Part shown: one piece after another, positions 15,899 to 25,132 of the stretch
Layout: each line of letters starts with the position of its first letter
How positions within the stretch are numbered: the first letter of the stretch is position 1
Assembly (NCBI GenBank): GCA_963716945.1
Contig: OY970322.1
Location: 720,001 to 752,000 of the forward strand
Length of the DNA: 32,000 bases
Direction: 5' to 3'
Origin: Candidatus Saccharimonadota bacterium
GTDB lineage: Bacteria; Patescibacteriota; Saccharimonadia; Saccharimonadales; UBA4665
Translations under genes and position numbers: made by a program
The notes under the pieces: generated by a model
Seen by the model: the letters and a program-made list of their open reading frames with translations, nothing else
The model's database searches: none
What the model was told of the DNA's origin: nothing

Positions 15899-15945
15899 CG
15901 ACTATCGCCGACACCTAAGATGATATGCTAAATAAGGTAAATTAC

Positions 15946-17040
15946 ATGAAGAAAATCACCGTCAGCCTCCTCACGCCGCCGCCCAAACAGGATTATACGA
16001 TTTACGTCTCTGCCGGCGCGATCGGCGAAATTGCTTCGTTGTATGACTTCAGCGGCTACTCCAAAGTGTTTATAGTTACCGACGACACTGTCGGACACTT
16101 GTTTCTGGAGAAGCTGAAGGCGGCATTGCCCGTCAAACCGGCCTCGACAGTCCTGCCGGCCGGCGAACAGCAAAAGAGCCTGGATAACATCGAAAAAATT
16201 TGGACGGCCATGCATGCGGCCGGGTGCGACCGCAAATCGCTGGTTATAAACCTGGGCGGCGGCCTGGTCAGCGACATGGGCGGCTTTGCGGCCGCGACCT
16301 ACATGCGCGGCGTTGACTTCCTGAACCTGCCGACGACCCTGCTGGCCCAGGTCGATGCCAGCGTCGGCGGCAAGACCGGCTTCAATTTCGACGGTATCAA
16401 AAACCTGGTCGGAACGTTTGACCAGCCGGCGGCCGTAATTATCGACACCCAAACCCTGGAGGAGCTGCCGGAACGCGAGTTCTTGTCCGGTTTCGCTGAG
16501 ATTATTAAGCACGGTCTTGTCGCGGACAAGGCCTACTTTGAGGCGGTGGCCGCCAAGCCGCCGCTGGAGTTTACGCCGCCCGAGCTGGAGGAGATCATCG
16601 CGCTCTCCTGCGCCATTAAGTCCGGCGTCGTAAGAGCCGACGCCGGCGAGCAAGGCAGCCGCCGGCTCATTAATTTCGGCCATACCGTCGGCCATGCCAT
16701 AGAATCGTTGAGCCTGGAAACCGGCAAACCCCTGCTGCACGGCGAAGCGGTCAGCATCGGCATGGTCGCCGAAGCCGGAATCTCGAAAAGCCTGGGTAAA
16801 TTATCCGGGGACGAGTTCAGGCGCATAACAGCCGTTTTGCGCGCCGCCGGACTGCCGGTAGCCGTTTCCGGCCTGGCGGTCGACGATATTCTGGCCAAAA
16901 TGCAATCCGATAAAAAGAATGAGTATGGCGGCGTGAACTTCACCCTGCTGGACGGCATCGGCCGGGCCCTTTACAACCAAGCGGCCGGCCGGCCGGTAGT
17001 AATTGAAGCATTGCAGCTGGTTATCAGGGAAAAGCCGTGA
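15946..17040 (+). CDS. aroB: 3-dehydroquinate synthase
   Basis: NLGGGLVSDMGGFAAATYMRGVDFLNLPTTLLAQVDASVGGKTG, and the metal-binding region NFGHTVGHAIE..LLHGEAV. Start ATG 15946 has TAAGGT 8 nt upstream; the ORF-track start at 15925 is the alternative. Confidence 0.9.
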   Translation: MKKITVSLLTPPPKQDYTIYVSAGAIGEIASLYDFSGYSKVFIVTDDTVGHLFLEKLKAALPVKPASTVLPAGEQQKSLDNIEKIWTAMHAAGCDRKSLVINLGGGLVSDMGGFAAATYMRGVDFLNLPTTLLAQVDASVGGKTGFNFDGIKNLVGTFDQPAAVIIDTQTLEELPEREFLSGFAEIIKHGLVADKAYFEAVAAKPPLEFTPPELEEIIALSCAIKSGVVRADAGEQGSRRLINFGHTVGHAIESLSLETGKPLLHGEAVSIGMVAEAGISKSLGKLSGDEFRRITAVLRAAGLPVAVSGLAVDDILAKMQSDKKNEYGGVNFTLLDGIGRALYNQAAGRPVVIEALQLVIREKP

Positions 17041-18323
17041 AATACGCCCAGCTGCGCCCCCTAGACCGGCCGGCCGAGAGCCGCCTAAAACTGCCCGGTT
17101 CTAAGAGTTATACCAACCGGGCTCTGGTACTGGCAGCCATGACCCGGCGTCCCGTTAAGATAACCGGGCCGCTGTTTAGCGACGATACGCAGGCTATGAT
17201 TGGCTGCCTGAGAGCCTTGGGCGTCGGGATTGACAGCGGTGAAGACTTTATCAATGTCAGCGGCGACATAACGGCGGTAACCAACCGCGACTATGACCTG
17301 GACGCCGGCTTGTCGGGCACCACCATGCGCTTCATGCTGGCCCTCTGCGCGGTGCTGCCCGGACGCCAAACCCTGCACGGCCAAAAGCGGCTGCATGAGC
17401 GGCCGGTCGGCGCCCTAGTCGAGGCCCTGAGGCAGCTTGGCGCCAATATCGACTACCTCGCCGAAGAGGGCTACCCGCCGCTGGCGGTGGCAGCGCCAAA
17501 GCTCGCCGCCGGCGAAGTTAAGATCAGCGGCCAAGAAAGCAGCCAATACCTATCGGCTCTGCTAATGGTCGCGCCGCTGGTCGGAGACACGACCATCGAG
17601 GTCGAGGGCGAGCTTATTTCCGGGCCTTATGTCGCAATGACAATTGAGGCCATGCGGCAGTTTGGCGTCAAGGCCGCTTGCGATAAGCGCCAGTACAGGG
17701 TTACCGCTGGCCAGAATTACGGCTGCTCCGATTACCAAGTGGAGGGCGACGTGTCGAGCGGATCGTATTTTTGCGCCGTCGCCGCCCTGACGGAGTCGAC
17801 TTTCACTTTGGACAATATAAGCCTCGATTCACTGCAAGCCGACATCGGTTTTCTGGACATTCTGCGTTTGATGGGCAACACCGTGAGCGGCAGCGGCAAC
17901 ACAGTAACCATTACGGGCAAAGGTGTTAGGCCGGTCAACGCCGATATGCGCGGCTGCCCGGACCAGGTCCAGACCTTAGCGGTTTTGGCGGCTTTTGCCG
18001 ACGGCGTTACCACTATTAACGGTGTTAAATCACTGCGCATCAAAGAGACCGAGCGAGTCCTGGCGGTGCAGCAGGAGTTAGCTAAAATGGGCATAAAAAC
18101 GGCCGCTACACCGGATACCCTAACGGTGTATGGCGGACGCCCGCAAGCGGCGGCCATAGCTACCTATAACGACCACCGGATGGCCATGGCCTTCGCGGTT
18201 GCCGGCACTAAACTGTCCGGCCTGTCCATTGGAGATCCTGCCGTAGTCAATAAGACTTTTCCGGATTTTTGGCAAAAGCTTGAGTCTGTCGGTGTCGGCA
18301 TAAATATCGTGGAGGAGCCATGA
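17037..18323 (+). CDS. aroA: 3-phosphoshikimate 1-carboxyvinyltransferase (EPSP synthase)
   Basis: LPGSKSYTNRALVLAAM, LRIKETERV, DHRMAMAFAVAG. The GTG start overlaps the aroB stop (GTGA). Confidence 0.9.
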   Translation: MKYAQLRPLDRPAESRLKLPGSKSYTNRALVLAAMTRRPVKITGPLFSDDTQAMIGCLRALGVGIDSGEDFINVSGDITAVTNRDYDLDAGLSGTTMRFMLALCAVLPGRQTLHGQKRLHERPVGALVEALRQLGANIDYLAEEGYPPLAVAAPKLAAGEVKISGQESSQYLSALLMVAPLVGDTTIEVEGELISGPYVAMTIEAMRQFGVKAACDKRQYRVTAGQNYGCSDYQVEGDVSSGSYFCAVAALTESTFTLDNISLDSLQADIGFLDILRLMGNTVSGSGNTVTITGKGVRPVNADMRGCPDQVQTLAVLAAFADGVTTINGVKSLRIKETERVLAVQQELAKMGIKTAATPDTLTVYGGRPQAAAIATYNDHRMAMAFAVAGTKLSGLSIGDPAVVNKTFPDFWQKLESVGVGINIVEEP

Positions 18324-18829
18324 AAATAGTCTTAATCGGTTTCATGGGTACGGGTAAGACAACTGCCGCGCCGCGGCTAGCCGCCAACCTCTGTCTTGAA
18401 GCTGTTGAGATGGACGACCTGATTGTCGCCAAAGCCGGCGGCAGAAGCGTAGCCGCTATTTTTGAAGCCGGCGGCGAAGCGGCTTTCCGCGAGCTGGAAA
18501 TGGCGGTCGCTAAGGACCTGGCCGGCAGCCGGAACGTCGTTATTTCAACCGGCGGCGGCGTGGTTACAAGTCCGGTGACAATGGGTTACTTAACGCAGGA
18601 GGCGGTTGTCGTCGAGCTAAAGGCACTGTTCAATACCCTGATGGAGAGGCTAGACCCCACAACGCCCAGGCCGCTTTTCCAGGACCAAGCCCAAGCCGAA
18701 ATGCTATATGGCCTGCGCCGGCCGCTTTATAGTAAGTATGCGGCTATTAGCGTCGCGACTGACGGCAAAACGGTAGACCAAGTCGTTGAAGCCATTACCA
18801 ACCAAGTCAATAAGGTTAAAAATTCATGA
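18320..18829 (+). CDS. aroK: Shikimate kinase
   Basis: IVLIGFMGTGKTT Walker A; about 170 aa; ISTGGGVV. ATGA overlap with aroA and GGAGGAG SD upstream. Confidence 0.85.
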   Translation: MKIVLIGFMGTGKTTAAPRLAANLCLEAVEMDDLIVAKAGGRSVAAIFEAGGEAAFRELEMAVAKDLAGSRNVVISTGGGVVTSPVTMGYLTQEAVVVELKALFNTLMERLDPTTPRPLFQDQAQAEMLYGLRRPLYSKYAAISVATDGKTVDQVVEAITNQVNKVKNS

Positions 18830-19668
18830 AGATTAATGCCTCGACCAAACTCTGCGTAGTCATCGGCGACCCGGTCGAAGACTCATTGTCGCCCCAGATA
18901 CACAATGCCGGCTACGAGAAGCTCGGTATCGATGACAGGTTCGTCTACACCGCCTGCCTGATCAGCTCCGAAAAGCTGGCCGACTTCGTTGCCGGCGCCA
19001 AAGCCATGGGCATCCGCGGTATTTGCTGCAAGATGCCGCACAAGCTCGAAATTATGCGCTACCTGGATGAAACAGACCCTGTCGCCAAGACAATCGGCGC
19101 CGTCAATACGGTAGTCAATGATAACGGCCGGCTGACCGGCTACAACACCGACTGGATCGGCATCGTTAGGCCTCTCGAGGCCCTAACCGGCCTCCGAGGC
19201 AAGCGCGTCGCCCTGCTCGGTGCCGGGGGTGCCGCCCGCGCGGCGGCTTACGGAGTTACTAAGCAAGGCGCGGAACTAACCGTTTATAACCGCACCCTCG
19301 AGAAAGCCCGTTTGCTCGCCGGCCAATTCGGCGGCCAGGCCCGGCCGCTCAGCCGGCTTGAAGAAGTTAAGTCTATGGATGTCGTCATTAACAACACCTC
19401 CGTCGGGGTCCCCCTTTCGGATAATGAGACGCCTTTGCCGCAGGCCTTCATAAGCCCCCGCCATATCGTCTTCGACGCCGTCTACGCCGGCGGCCCGACG
19501 CGCCTCATGAGAGAAGCCGGCGAAATCGGGGCGCAGGTTATTCCGGGCACCGAAATGCTGTTACACCAAGGCATGGAGCAATTCAAGCTCTTCACCGGCC
19601 GGGAAGCACCCGAATCGGCCATGCGCGCCGCTTTTATGGCCGCGCTCGGCTCTAAGGAGGATAAGTAA
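18826..19668 (+). CDS. aroE: Shikimate 5-dehydrogenase
   Basis: SLSPQIHNAGY, AVNTVV, GYNTDWIG, NADP-binding LLGAGGAARAAAYG. ATGA overlap with aroK. Confidence 0.9.
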   Translation: MKINASTKLCVVIGDPVEDSLSPQIHNAGYEKLGIDDRFVYTACLISSEKLADFVAGAKAMGIRGICCKMPHKLEIMRYLDETDPVAKTIGAVNTVVNDNGRLTGYNTDWIGIVRPLEALTGLRGKRVALLGAGGAARAAAYGVTKQGAELTVYNRTLEKARLLAGQFGGQARPLSRLEEVKSMDVVINNTSVGVPLSDNETPLPQAFISPRHIVFDAVYAGGPTRLMREAGEIGAQVIPGTEMLLHQGMEQFKLFTGREAPESAMRAAFMAALGSKEDK

Positions 19669-20348
19669 TGGCTATAAATTACTGCCTGCCGCTTATAAAG
19701 AACAACCGGGCCGAAATACTCGACTCAATCCGGACTAACGGCGACAGCTACAGTTACTTTGAAGTCTGGCTGGACTATATCGACCCGGTGGATGATGTTT
19801 TCATTAAGGATTTAATCGGCCTGGCGGGCGAAAAGTTAATCCTGCTATTTCGCCGCCGGAACCTCGAACCAATTAAAATGCCCCTGGCGCGGCGCTTGGA
19901 GATACTGCAACTGCTCGACCAAACCCCGGCTCGCGCCGACCTGGACATCACCACGCAGACGGCTGAGCTGGACTACTTGCGCGATAATGATTTGGACATT
20001 AAAATCATTACCTCCTACCACGATTACGAAAAGACGCCCGACACCGTGCGGCTAGAGGCGATTATTGCTACAATGGAAGCGTATCGGCCGGCCGTTTATA
20101 AGCTGGCTGTCAAGTGCGGCAACCAAGAGGACGCGCTGCGGCTTTTGCAGCAGCTCCTGTCCCTGAAAGCGCAAGATCGGGCGGCTATAGTCCTGGGCAT
20201 GGGCCCGGCCGGACTGGTAACCAGAGTTTTCGGCGCGCTGTGGGGTAACGAGATGACATTCGCGCCTTTGGCCGAGGGTCAAGAGTCGGCACCGGGCCAG
20301 TTGAGCCGGCAGAAGCTCGAGGTAATTTTTAAGGAATTAGGGGTTTAG
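19668..20348 (+). CDS. aroD: Type I 3-dehydroquinate dehydratase
   Basis: About 226 aa. [10 protein letters not shown] (the S-x-H-x-F/Y-x-x-TP type motif) and VYKLAVK (Schiff-base Lys region). 1-nt overlap with the aroE stop (TAATG). Confidence 0.75.
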   Translation: MAINYCLPLIKNNRAEILDSIRTNGDSYSYFEVWLDYIDPVDDVFIKDLIGLAGEKLILLFRRRNLEPIKMPLARRLEILQLLDQTPARADLDITTQTAELDYLRDNDLDIKIITSYHDYEKTPDTVRLEAIIATMEAYRPAVYKLAVKCGNQEDALRLLQQLLSLKAQDRAAIVLGMGPAGLVTRVFGALWGNEMTFAPLAEGQESAPGQLSRQKLEVIFKELGV

Positions 20349-20352
20349 CGTT

Positions 20353-21438
20353 ATGGCTGGCAACACTTTTGGACAACTGTTTCGAATTACGACTTTTGGC
20401 GAGTCACACGGCGGCGCAGTCGGCGTAGTTGTCGACGGCTGCCCGCCGGGTTTAGCCATAACCGAAGCCGATATCCAAGCCCAGCTTGACCGGCGTCGGC
20501 CCGGCCAGAGCAGCATCACCACTCCCCGGCAGGAACAGGATGCCATACATATACTATCCGGCGTATCCGACAGCCTGACGACCGGCACGCCGATTCTGCT
20601 GCTGGCCCATAACAAAGATGCCCGGCCCGAAGACTATGCCGAGCTCAAGAATCTCTACCGTCCGGGCCACGCCGATTACACGTTCTTCAAGAAATACGGT
20701 ATCAGGGACTGGCGAGGCAGTGGCCGGGCTTCGGCCCGCGAGACACTGGGGAGGGTGGCTGCCGGGGCGATTGCCGAAAAGTATCTCCGCGAAAAACTGG
20801 GTATCGAGTTCATCAGCTATGTCGAGCAGGTCGGCGATATTAAGACCGGGATCGATTTTAATGAAGTGGCGGCCAAGGACATCGAAGCGAATATCGTCCG
20901 CTGCCCGGACCCCCAGGCCGCCGCTGAAATGATTAAGCTGATTGAAGCCGTCCGCGACGAAGGCGACTCCGTCGGCGGCGTCATCCGGGGCGTTATCAGA
21001 GGCGTCCCGGTCGGACTGGGCGAACCGGTATTCGATAAATTGCCGGCCGACCTGGCCAAAGCCATGATGAGCATCAACGCCGTCAAGGGTTTCGAAATCG
21101 GCTCCGGTTTCGCCGGCGTCAGTTTGCGCGGCAGCCAGCACAACGACGAGTTCTACGTTGATGAGCACGAACAAGTCAGGACCCGGACCAACTATGCAGG
21201 CGGCACGCTCGGCGGCATCTCGAACGGCGAGACGGTTTATTTCCGGGTCGCCATCAAGCCGGTTTCAACGATTAAGAAGCGGCAGCAGACGATTAATACC
21301 AGTGAAGAAGCCGTAACCTTGGAGGCTACCGGCCGGCATGACCCCTGTGTCTTGCCGCGGGCCGTTCCTATCGTCGACGCAATGGCGGCGCTCGTCATCA
21401 TGGACCACTACTTGCGCCAGAAAGCCCAGAACTCATAG
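20353..21438 (+). CDS. aroC: Chorismate synthase
   Basis: [41 protein letters not shown]-like (GRASARET), [13 protein letters not shown]. Confidence 0.95.
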   Translation: MAGNTFGQLFRITTFGESHGGAVGVVVDGCPPGLAITEADIQAQLDRRRPGQSSITTPRQEQDAIHILSGVSDSLTTGTPILLLAHNKDARPEDYAELKNLYRPGHADYTFFKKYGIRDWRGSGRASARETLGRVAAGAIAEKYLREKLGIEFISYVEQVGDIKTGIDFNEVAAKDIEANIVRCPDPQAAAEMIKLIEAVRDEGDSVGGVIRGVIRGVPVGLGEPVFDKLPADLAKAMMSINAVKGFEIGSGFAGVSLRGSQHNDEFYVDEHEQVRTRTNYAGGTLGGISNGETVYFRVAIKPVSTIKKRQQTINTSEEAVTLEATGRHDPCVLPRAVPIVDAMAALVIMDHYLRQKAQNS

Positions 21439-21440
21439 CT

Positions 21441-21722
21441 ATGGATACCCAGGATGACCGGTTGAAAGCCTTCCGCCGGCAGATTGACGGGTTCGACGAG
21501 GAGCTGCTGCGGATCCTGTCGGAGCGCACCGATGTAGCCCGGCAAATCGGTGCCTACAAGAAAGCCCGCGGCCTCGGCCTGACCGACCAAAAACGGATGG
21601 AAGCCGTGCTGGCAACCCAACTAGCCCGGGCGTCGGCAGCCAACCTGCCTGAAGACTTCGTGCGTGAACTGTATGAGGTCATCTATAAGCACACCATAAG
21701 TATCGAGGCCGAAACCCCATGA
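21441..21722 (+). CDS. Chorismate mutase, AroQ class (stand-alone)
   Basis: 93 aa. LKAFRRQIDGFDEELLRILSERTDVARQIGAYKK matches the AroQ helix-1/2 pattern (R..ID.iD..ll.Ll..R......ig..K). Confidence 0.8.
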   Translation: MDTQDDRLKAFRRQIDGFDEELLRILSERTDVARQIGAYKKARGLGLTDQKRMEAVLATQLARASAANLPEDFVRELYEVIYKHTISIEAETP

Positions 21723-21768
21723 GGGGCCGCCAAGCTGTAGCGGCCGGGTTGGCAGTCAATTTTAAGCC

Positions 21769-23100
21769 ATGAAGCAGATTAGCATAATCGGTTTCGGTAG
21801 GTTCGGCGGTACGCTTTACCGTCTCGTTAAGGACGACTTCAAGGTGGTCCTATATGATAAGGCCGGGATCAAGCCGGGCAGCGGCAAGTTCACTAAAGAC
21901 ACCGTTATCACCAATGACCTGGCGGAAGTTTATGCCAGCGACGTTGTCTTTTACGCCGTACCGGTTTCGGAATTCGAATCCGTTATCGCCGCCCACCGGC
22001 ACCTTTTCCGGCCGGATCAGCTGCTGATTGACGTCTTGGCCGTCAAACTATACCCGGCCAAAGTTTTCGAAAAGTACCTCAAAGGCACCGCCGTCCAAGC
22101 CATGCTGACCCACCCGATGTTCGGGCCCGATAGCAGTCAGGACGGTTTCGCCGGTTTGCCGATAATAGTCAATCAATTTACGGCCGACGACCGGAATTTC
22201 AAATTCTGGAAAACTTACTTCGCCGGCAAGCAGCTCCGGGTGGTCGAGCTGACGCCCGAAGCCCACGACAAGATGGCCGCCAATTCCATCGGTCTGACAC
22301 ACTTCCTAGGCCGCTTGCTGGAACAGTATAAATTCGCGGCCACACCGATCGACACGGTCGGCGCCAAGAAACTACTTGAAATCAAGGAGCAGACTTGCCG
22401 CGACACTTGGCAGCTGTTTAACGACTTGCAGCATTACAACCCCTACACCGAGAAAATGCGGCTCAAGCTGGGGGAGGCCTACGATGTCGTCTACAACAAG
22501 CTCCTGCCGGCTCAGGTCAGCCCCCGCTACCTGACGATCGGCATTCAGGGCGGCAAAGGCAGCTTCAACGAAGAAGCCGTGATGTACTGGCTGCAGCGCT
22601 CCGGTATCAAGGATTACAAGATTAGGTACCTCTACACCAGCGAGAAAGTGCTGGCAGCTTTGCACGCCGGTGAAATCGACCGCGGACAGTTCGCTATCCA
22701 CAACTCGATTGGCGGCATCGTCGGCGAAAGCGTCGAAGCCATGGCCAGGTACAAGTTCACGATCATTGAGGAGTTCGCTATCGTAATCGCGCATGCCTTG
22801 ATGATCCGCGACGACGCCGAATATAGTGATATTACGACCGTTATGGCCCATCCCCAGGTCTTCGCGCAGTGCAAGCGTACGCTGCCGGAGAAATATCCGA
22901 ATCTTAAACTGATAGCCGGCGAAGGCGAATTGATCGACCATGCTAACGTTGCCAAGCACATGGCGGACCACAAACTGCCCAAGAACATCGCTACCATGGG
23001 CAGCAAAGTCCTGGCCGGCCTGTATAATCTCAAGGTAGTGGAAGATAACCTGCAGGACGCCGACGAGAATTACACAAGCTTTTTATTGGTGAGCCGTTAA
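21769..23100 (+). CDS. Fusion protein: prephenate (or arogenate) dehydrogenase (N) + prephenate dehydratase catalytic domain (C), no ACT domain
   Basis: N-half: [13 protein letters not shown] Rossmann motif, LTHPMFGP. C-half from about aa 255: [27 protein letters not shown] (cf. P-x-ENS-x-x-G-x-V), [10 protein letters not shown] (cf. SHPQALAQC). It ends [10 protein letters not shown], where PheA proteins have N-x-TRF and the ACT domain begins. Confidence 0.75.
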   Translation: MKQISIIGFGRFGGTLYRLVKDDFKVVLYDKAGIKPGSGKFTKDTVITNDLAEVYASDVVFYAVPVSEFESVIAAHRHLFRPDQLLIDVLAVKLYPAKVFEKYLKGTAVQAMLTHPMFGPDSSQDGFAGLPIIVNQFTADDRNFKFWKTYFAGKQLRVVELTPEAHDKMAANSIGLTHFLGRLLEQYKFAATPIDTVGAKKLLEIKEQTCRDTWQLFNDLQHYNPYTEKMRLKLGEAYDVVYNKLLPAQVSPRYLTIGIQGGKGSFNEEAVMYWLQRSGIKDYKIRYLYTSEKVLAALHAGEIDRGQFAIHNSIGGIVGESVEAMARYKFTIIEEFAIVIAHALMIRDDAEYSDITTVMAHPQVFAQCKRTLPEKYPNLKLIAGEGELIDHANVAKHMADHKLPKNIATMGSKVLAGLYNLKVVEDNLQDADENYTSFLLVSR

Positions 23101-23101
23101 T

Positions 23102-25132
23102 ATGAGCCGGGAGGAACTTGACGCCCTCTGTATAAATACCATCCGCATGCTGTCGGCCGACGCCGTCGAGAAAGCTAAATCGGGCCATCCGGGGCTGCCG
23201 ATGGGCGCCGCGGCCTTTGCCTACACGCTCTGGATGAAGCGGCTGCGGTTCAACCCTAAGAATCCCGATTGGCCCAACCGCGACCGTTTCGTCTTGTCGG
23301 CCGGCCACGGTTCAATGTTATTGTATAGTTTACTACACCTGACCGGTTATGACTTGCCCCTGGGCGAACTCAAACGCTTCCGCCAATGGGGTAGCCGGAC
23401 CCCGGGCCACCCCGAACATGGCTTGACACCGGGGGTCGAGACTACGACCGGGCCGCTGGGACAGGGCTTCGCCAACGGCGTCGGCATGGCCTTGGCCGAG
23501 CGTTTCCTGGCCGACCGCTATAACCGGCCCGGCCATCGGATTATTGACTACCGTACCTACGCTATCGTGTCGGACGGCGATTTGATGGAGGGCGTCGCGG
23601 CCGAGGCGGCCTCGTTTGCCGGCGGCCTGGGGCTGGGAAAGCTGATTTACCTGTACGACAGCAACCGAATTTCGATTGAGGGCTCGACCGACCTGACCTT
23701 CTGCGACGATACATCCAAGCGGTTTGAAGCCTACGGCTGGCAGACTCTTGTCGTCGACGACGGCAACGACATGGACGCCGTTGACCGGGCGCTGCAAGCC
23801 GCCCAAGAAGATCCCCGGCCGTCATTGATAATCCTGCGGACGCATATCGGTTTCGGCAGCCCCAATAAGCAGGACAGCGCCTCGGCCCACGGCAGCGAGC
23901 TGGGGGAGGCAGAACTGCTCAAAACCAAGCGCAACCTCGGCTGGCCCGCCAAACCGAATTTCCGGATACCGACCGAAGCTCTGGAACATATGCGCGGCGG
24001 CAGCGTCAAACGGGGTAAACGCCTGGAGGCCGAATGGAACGAGCGCTTCAAGGCCTATGAGCGGGCTTTTCCGGAGCCGGCCGCCGAGCTCAAGGCGCGG
24101 CTTGAGGGCAAACTGCCGGACGGCTGGGATGCCGGCTTGCCGGTTTTCAGGCCCGGCGACGGGCCGTTGGCTACCAGGGAGGCCTCCGGGGCTGCCATGA
24201 ACGCCATCGCCGCCAACCTACCGTTATTCGTGGGCGGGTCGGCGGACTTGGGGCCTTCAAACAACACGCGGCTGAAGGATTTCGGCGATGTCAGCGCCCA
24301 ACAATGGGAATCCGGCGGCCGCAACCTGCATTTCGGCGTCCGCGAGCATGGCATGGGCGGCATCCTTAACGGCTTGGCCCTGTCAAAGGCCATCAGGCCG
24401 TTCGGCGGCACCTTCTTGGTTTTTTCGGACTATATGCGCGGCTCGATCCGGCTGGCCGCCCTTATGAAACTGCCTGTGGTTTACGTATTGACGCATGACT
24501 CAATCGGCCAGGGCGAAGACGGTGCGACCCACCAGCCGGTCGAGCACCTGGCTTCGCTCCGGGCTATGCCTGGCCTGACAGTTATCCGGCCGTCGGATGC
24601 CGCCGAAACGGTCGAAGCGTGGCGGCAAGCCATCTTATCGTCCGACGGCCCGACGGCTTTGGTCCTGACCCGCCAGAAATTGCCCGTAATTGACCGGTCG
24701 GCCGGACTGGCGGCGGCCGATAACTTGCGCTACGGCGGCTACACTATCCGGAGCTGCAGGGACAAGCCCGACATAATCTTAATCGCGACCGGCTCGGAAG
24801 TGCCGCTAGCCCTCGAAGCCGCGGCGTTACTGGATAGGCAGGGCATGCGCGCGCAGGTTGTCGCCATGCCCAGCACCGGCTTATTTGAGCGGCAAAGCCA
24901 AAAATATAAGGACAGCGTCCTGCCGCCCGCGGTAACCGCCCGGCTGGTCATTGAGGCCGCTTCGCCGTTTGGTTGGCGCGAGTATGCCGGGCCGGGCGGT
25001 GGCATAATGGGTATTGCCGGATTCGGCGCGTCGGCACCGGGCAGCGTGATGATGGAAAAGTTCGGTTTCACGCCCGAAAACGTCGCCAAACGGGCAAAAC
25101 AGCTACTAGTTAAGAGAGGAGCAAAACCATGA
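23102..25132 (+). CDS. tkt: Transketolase
   Basis: 676 aa. [31 protein letters not shown] (ThDP motif), [18 protein letters not shown]. Confidence 0.95.
   Translation: MSREELDALCINTIRMLSADAVEKAKSGHPGLPMGAAAFAYTLWMKRLRFNPKNPDWPNRDRFVLSAGHGSMLLYSLLHLTGYDLPLGELKRFRQWGSRTPGHPEHGLTPGVETTTGPLGQGFANGVGMALAERFLADRYNRPGHRIIDYRTYAIVSDGDLMEGVAAEAASFAGGLGLGKLIYLYDSNRISIEGSTDLTFCDDTSKRFEAYGWQTLVVDDGNDMDAVDRALQAAQEDPRPSLIILRTHIGFGSPNKQDSASAHGSELGEAELLKTKRNLGWPAKPNFRIPTEALEHMRGGSVKRGKRLEAEWNERFKAYERAFPEPAAELKARLEGKLPDGWDAGLPVFRPGDGPLATREASGAAMNAIAANLPLFVGGSADLGPSNNTRLKDFGDVSAQQWESGGRNLHFGVREHGMGGILNGLALSKAIRPFGGTFLVFSDYMRGSIRLAALMKLPVVYVLTHDSIGQGEDGATHQPVEHLASLRAMPGLTVIRPSDAAETVEAWRQAILSSDGPTALVLTRQKLPVIDRSAGLAAADNLRYGGYTIRSCRDKPDIILIATGSEVPLALEAAALLDRQGMRAQVVAMPSTGLFERQSQKYKDSVLPPAVTARLVIEAASPFGWREYAGPGGGIMGIAGFGASAPGSVMMEKFGFTPENVAKRAKQLLVKRGAKP

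Noticed and set aside
15928-16740. 270-aa minus-strand ORF antisense to aroB. Similar long shadow ORFs occur at 5533..6354, 20554..21174, 22372..22971, 13211..13696, 13715..14359, 7043..7510, 7523..7975, 23333..23806 and 28299..28820.
   Set aside because: Each lies opposite a gene with unambiguous family motifs. Their translations are Arg/Ala/Gly/Pro-rich low-complexity strings typical of antisense frames in GC-rich DNA, and none shows a recognisable motif or start context.
21723-21768. GGCCGC-N9-GCGGCC inverted repeat between chorismate mutase and tyrA::pheA as an internal terminator
   Set aside because: No T-run follows it, and the downstream gene starts 20 nt later. It is more likely a neutral or mRNA-stabilising hairpin, and the evidence is insufficient to call a feature.
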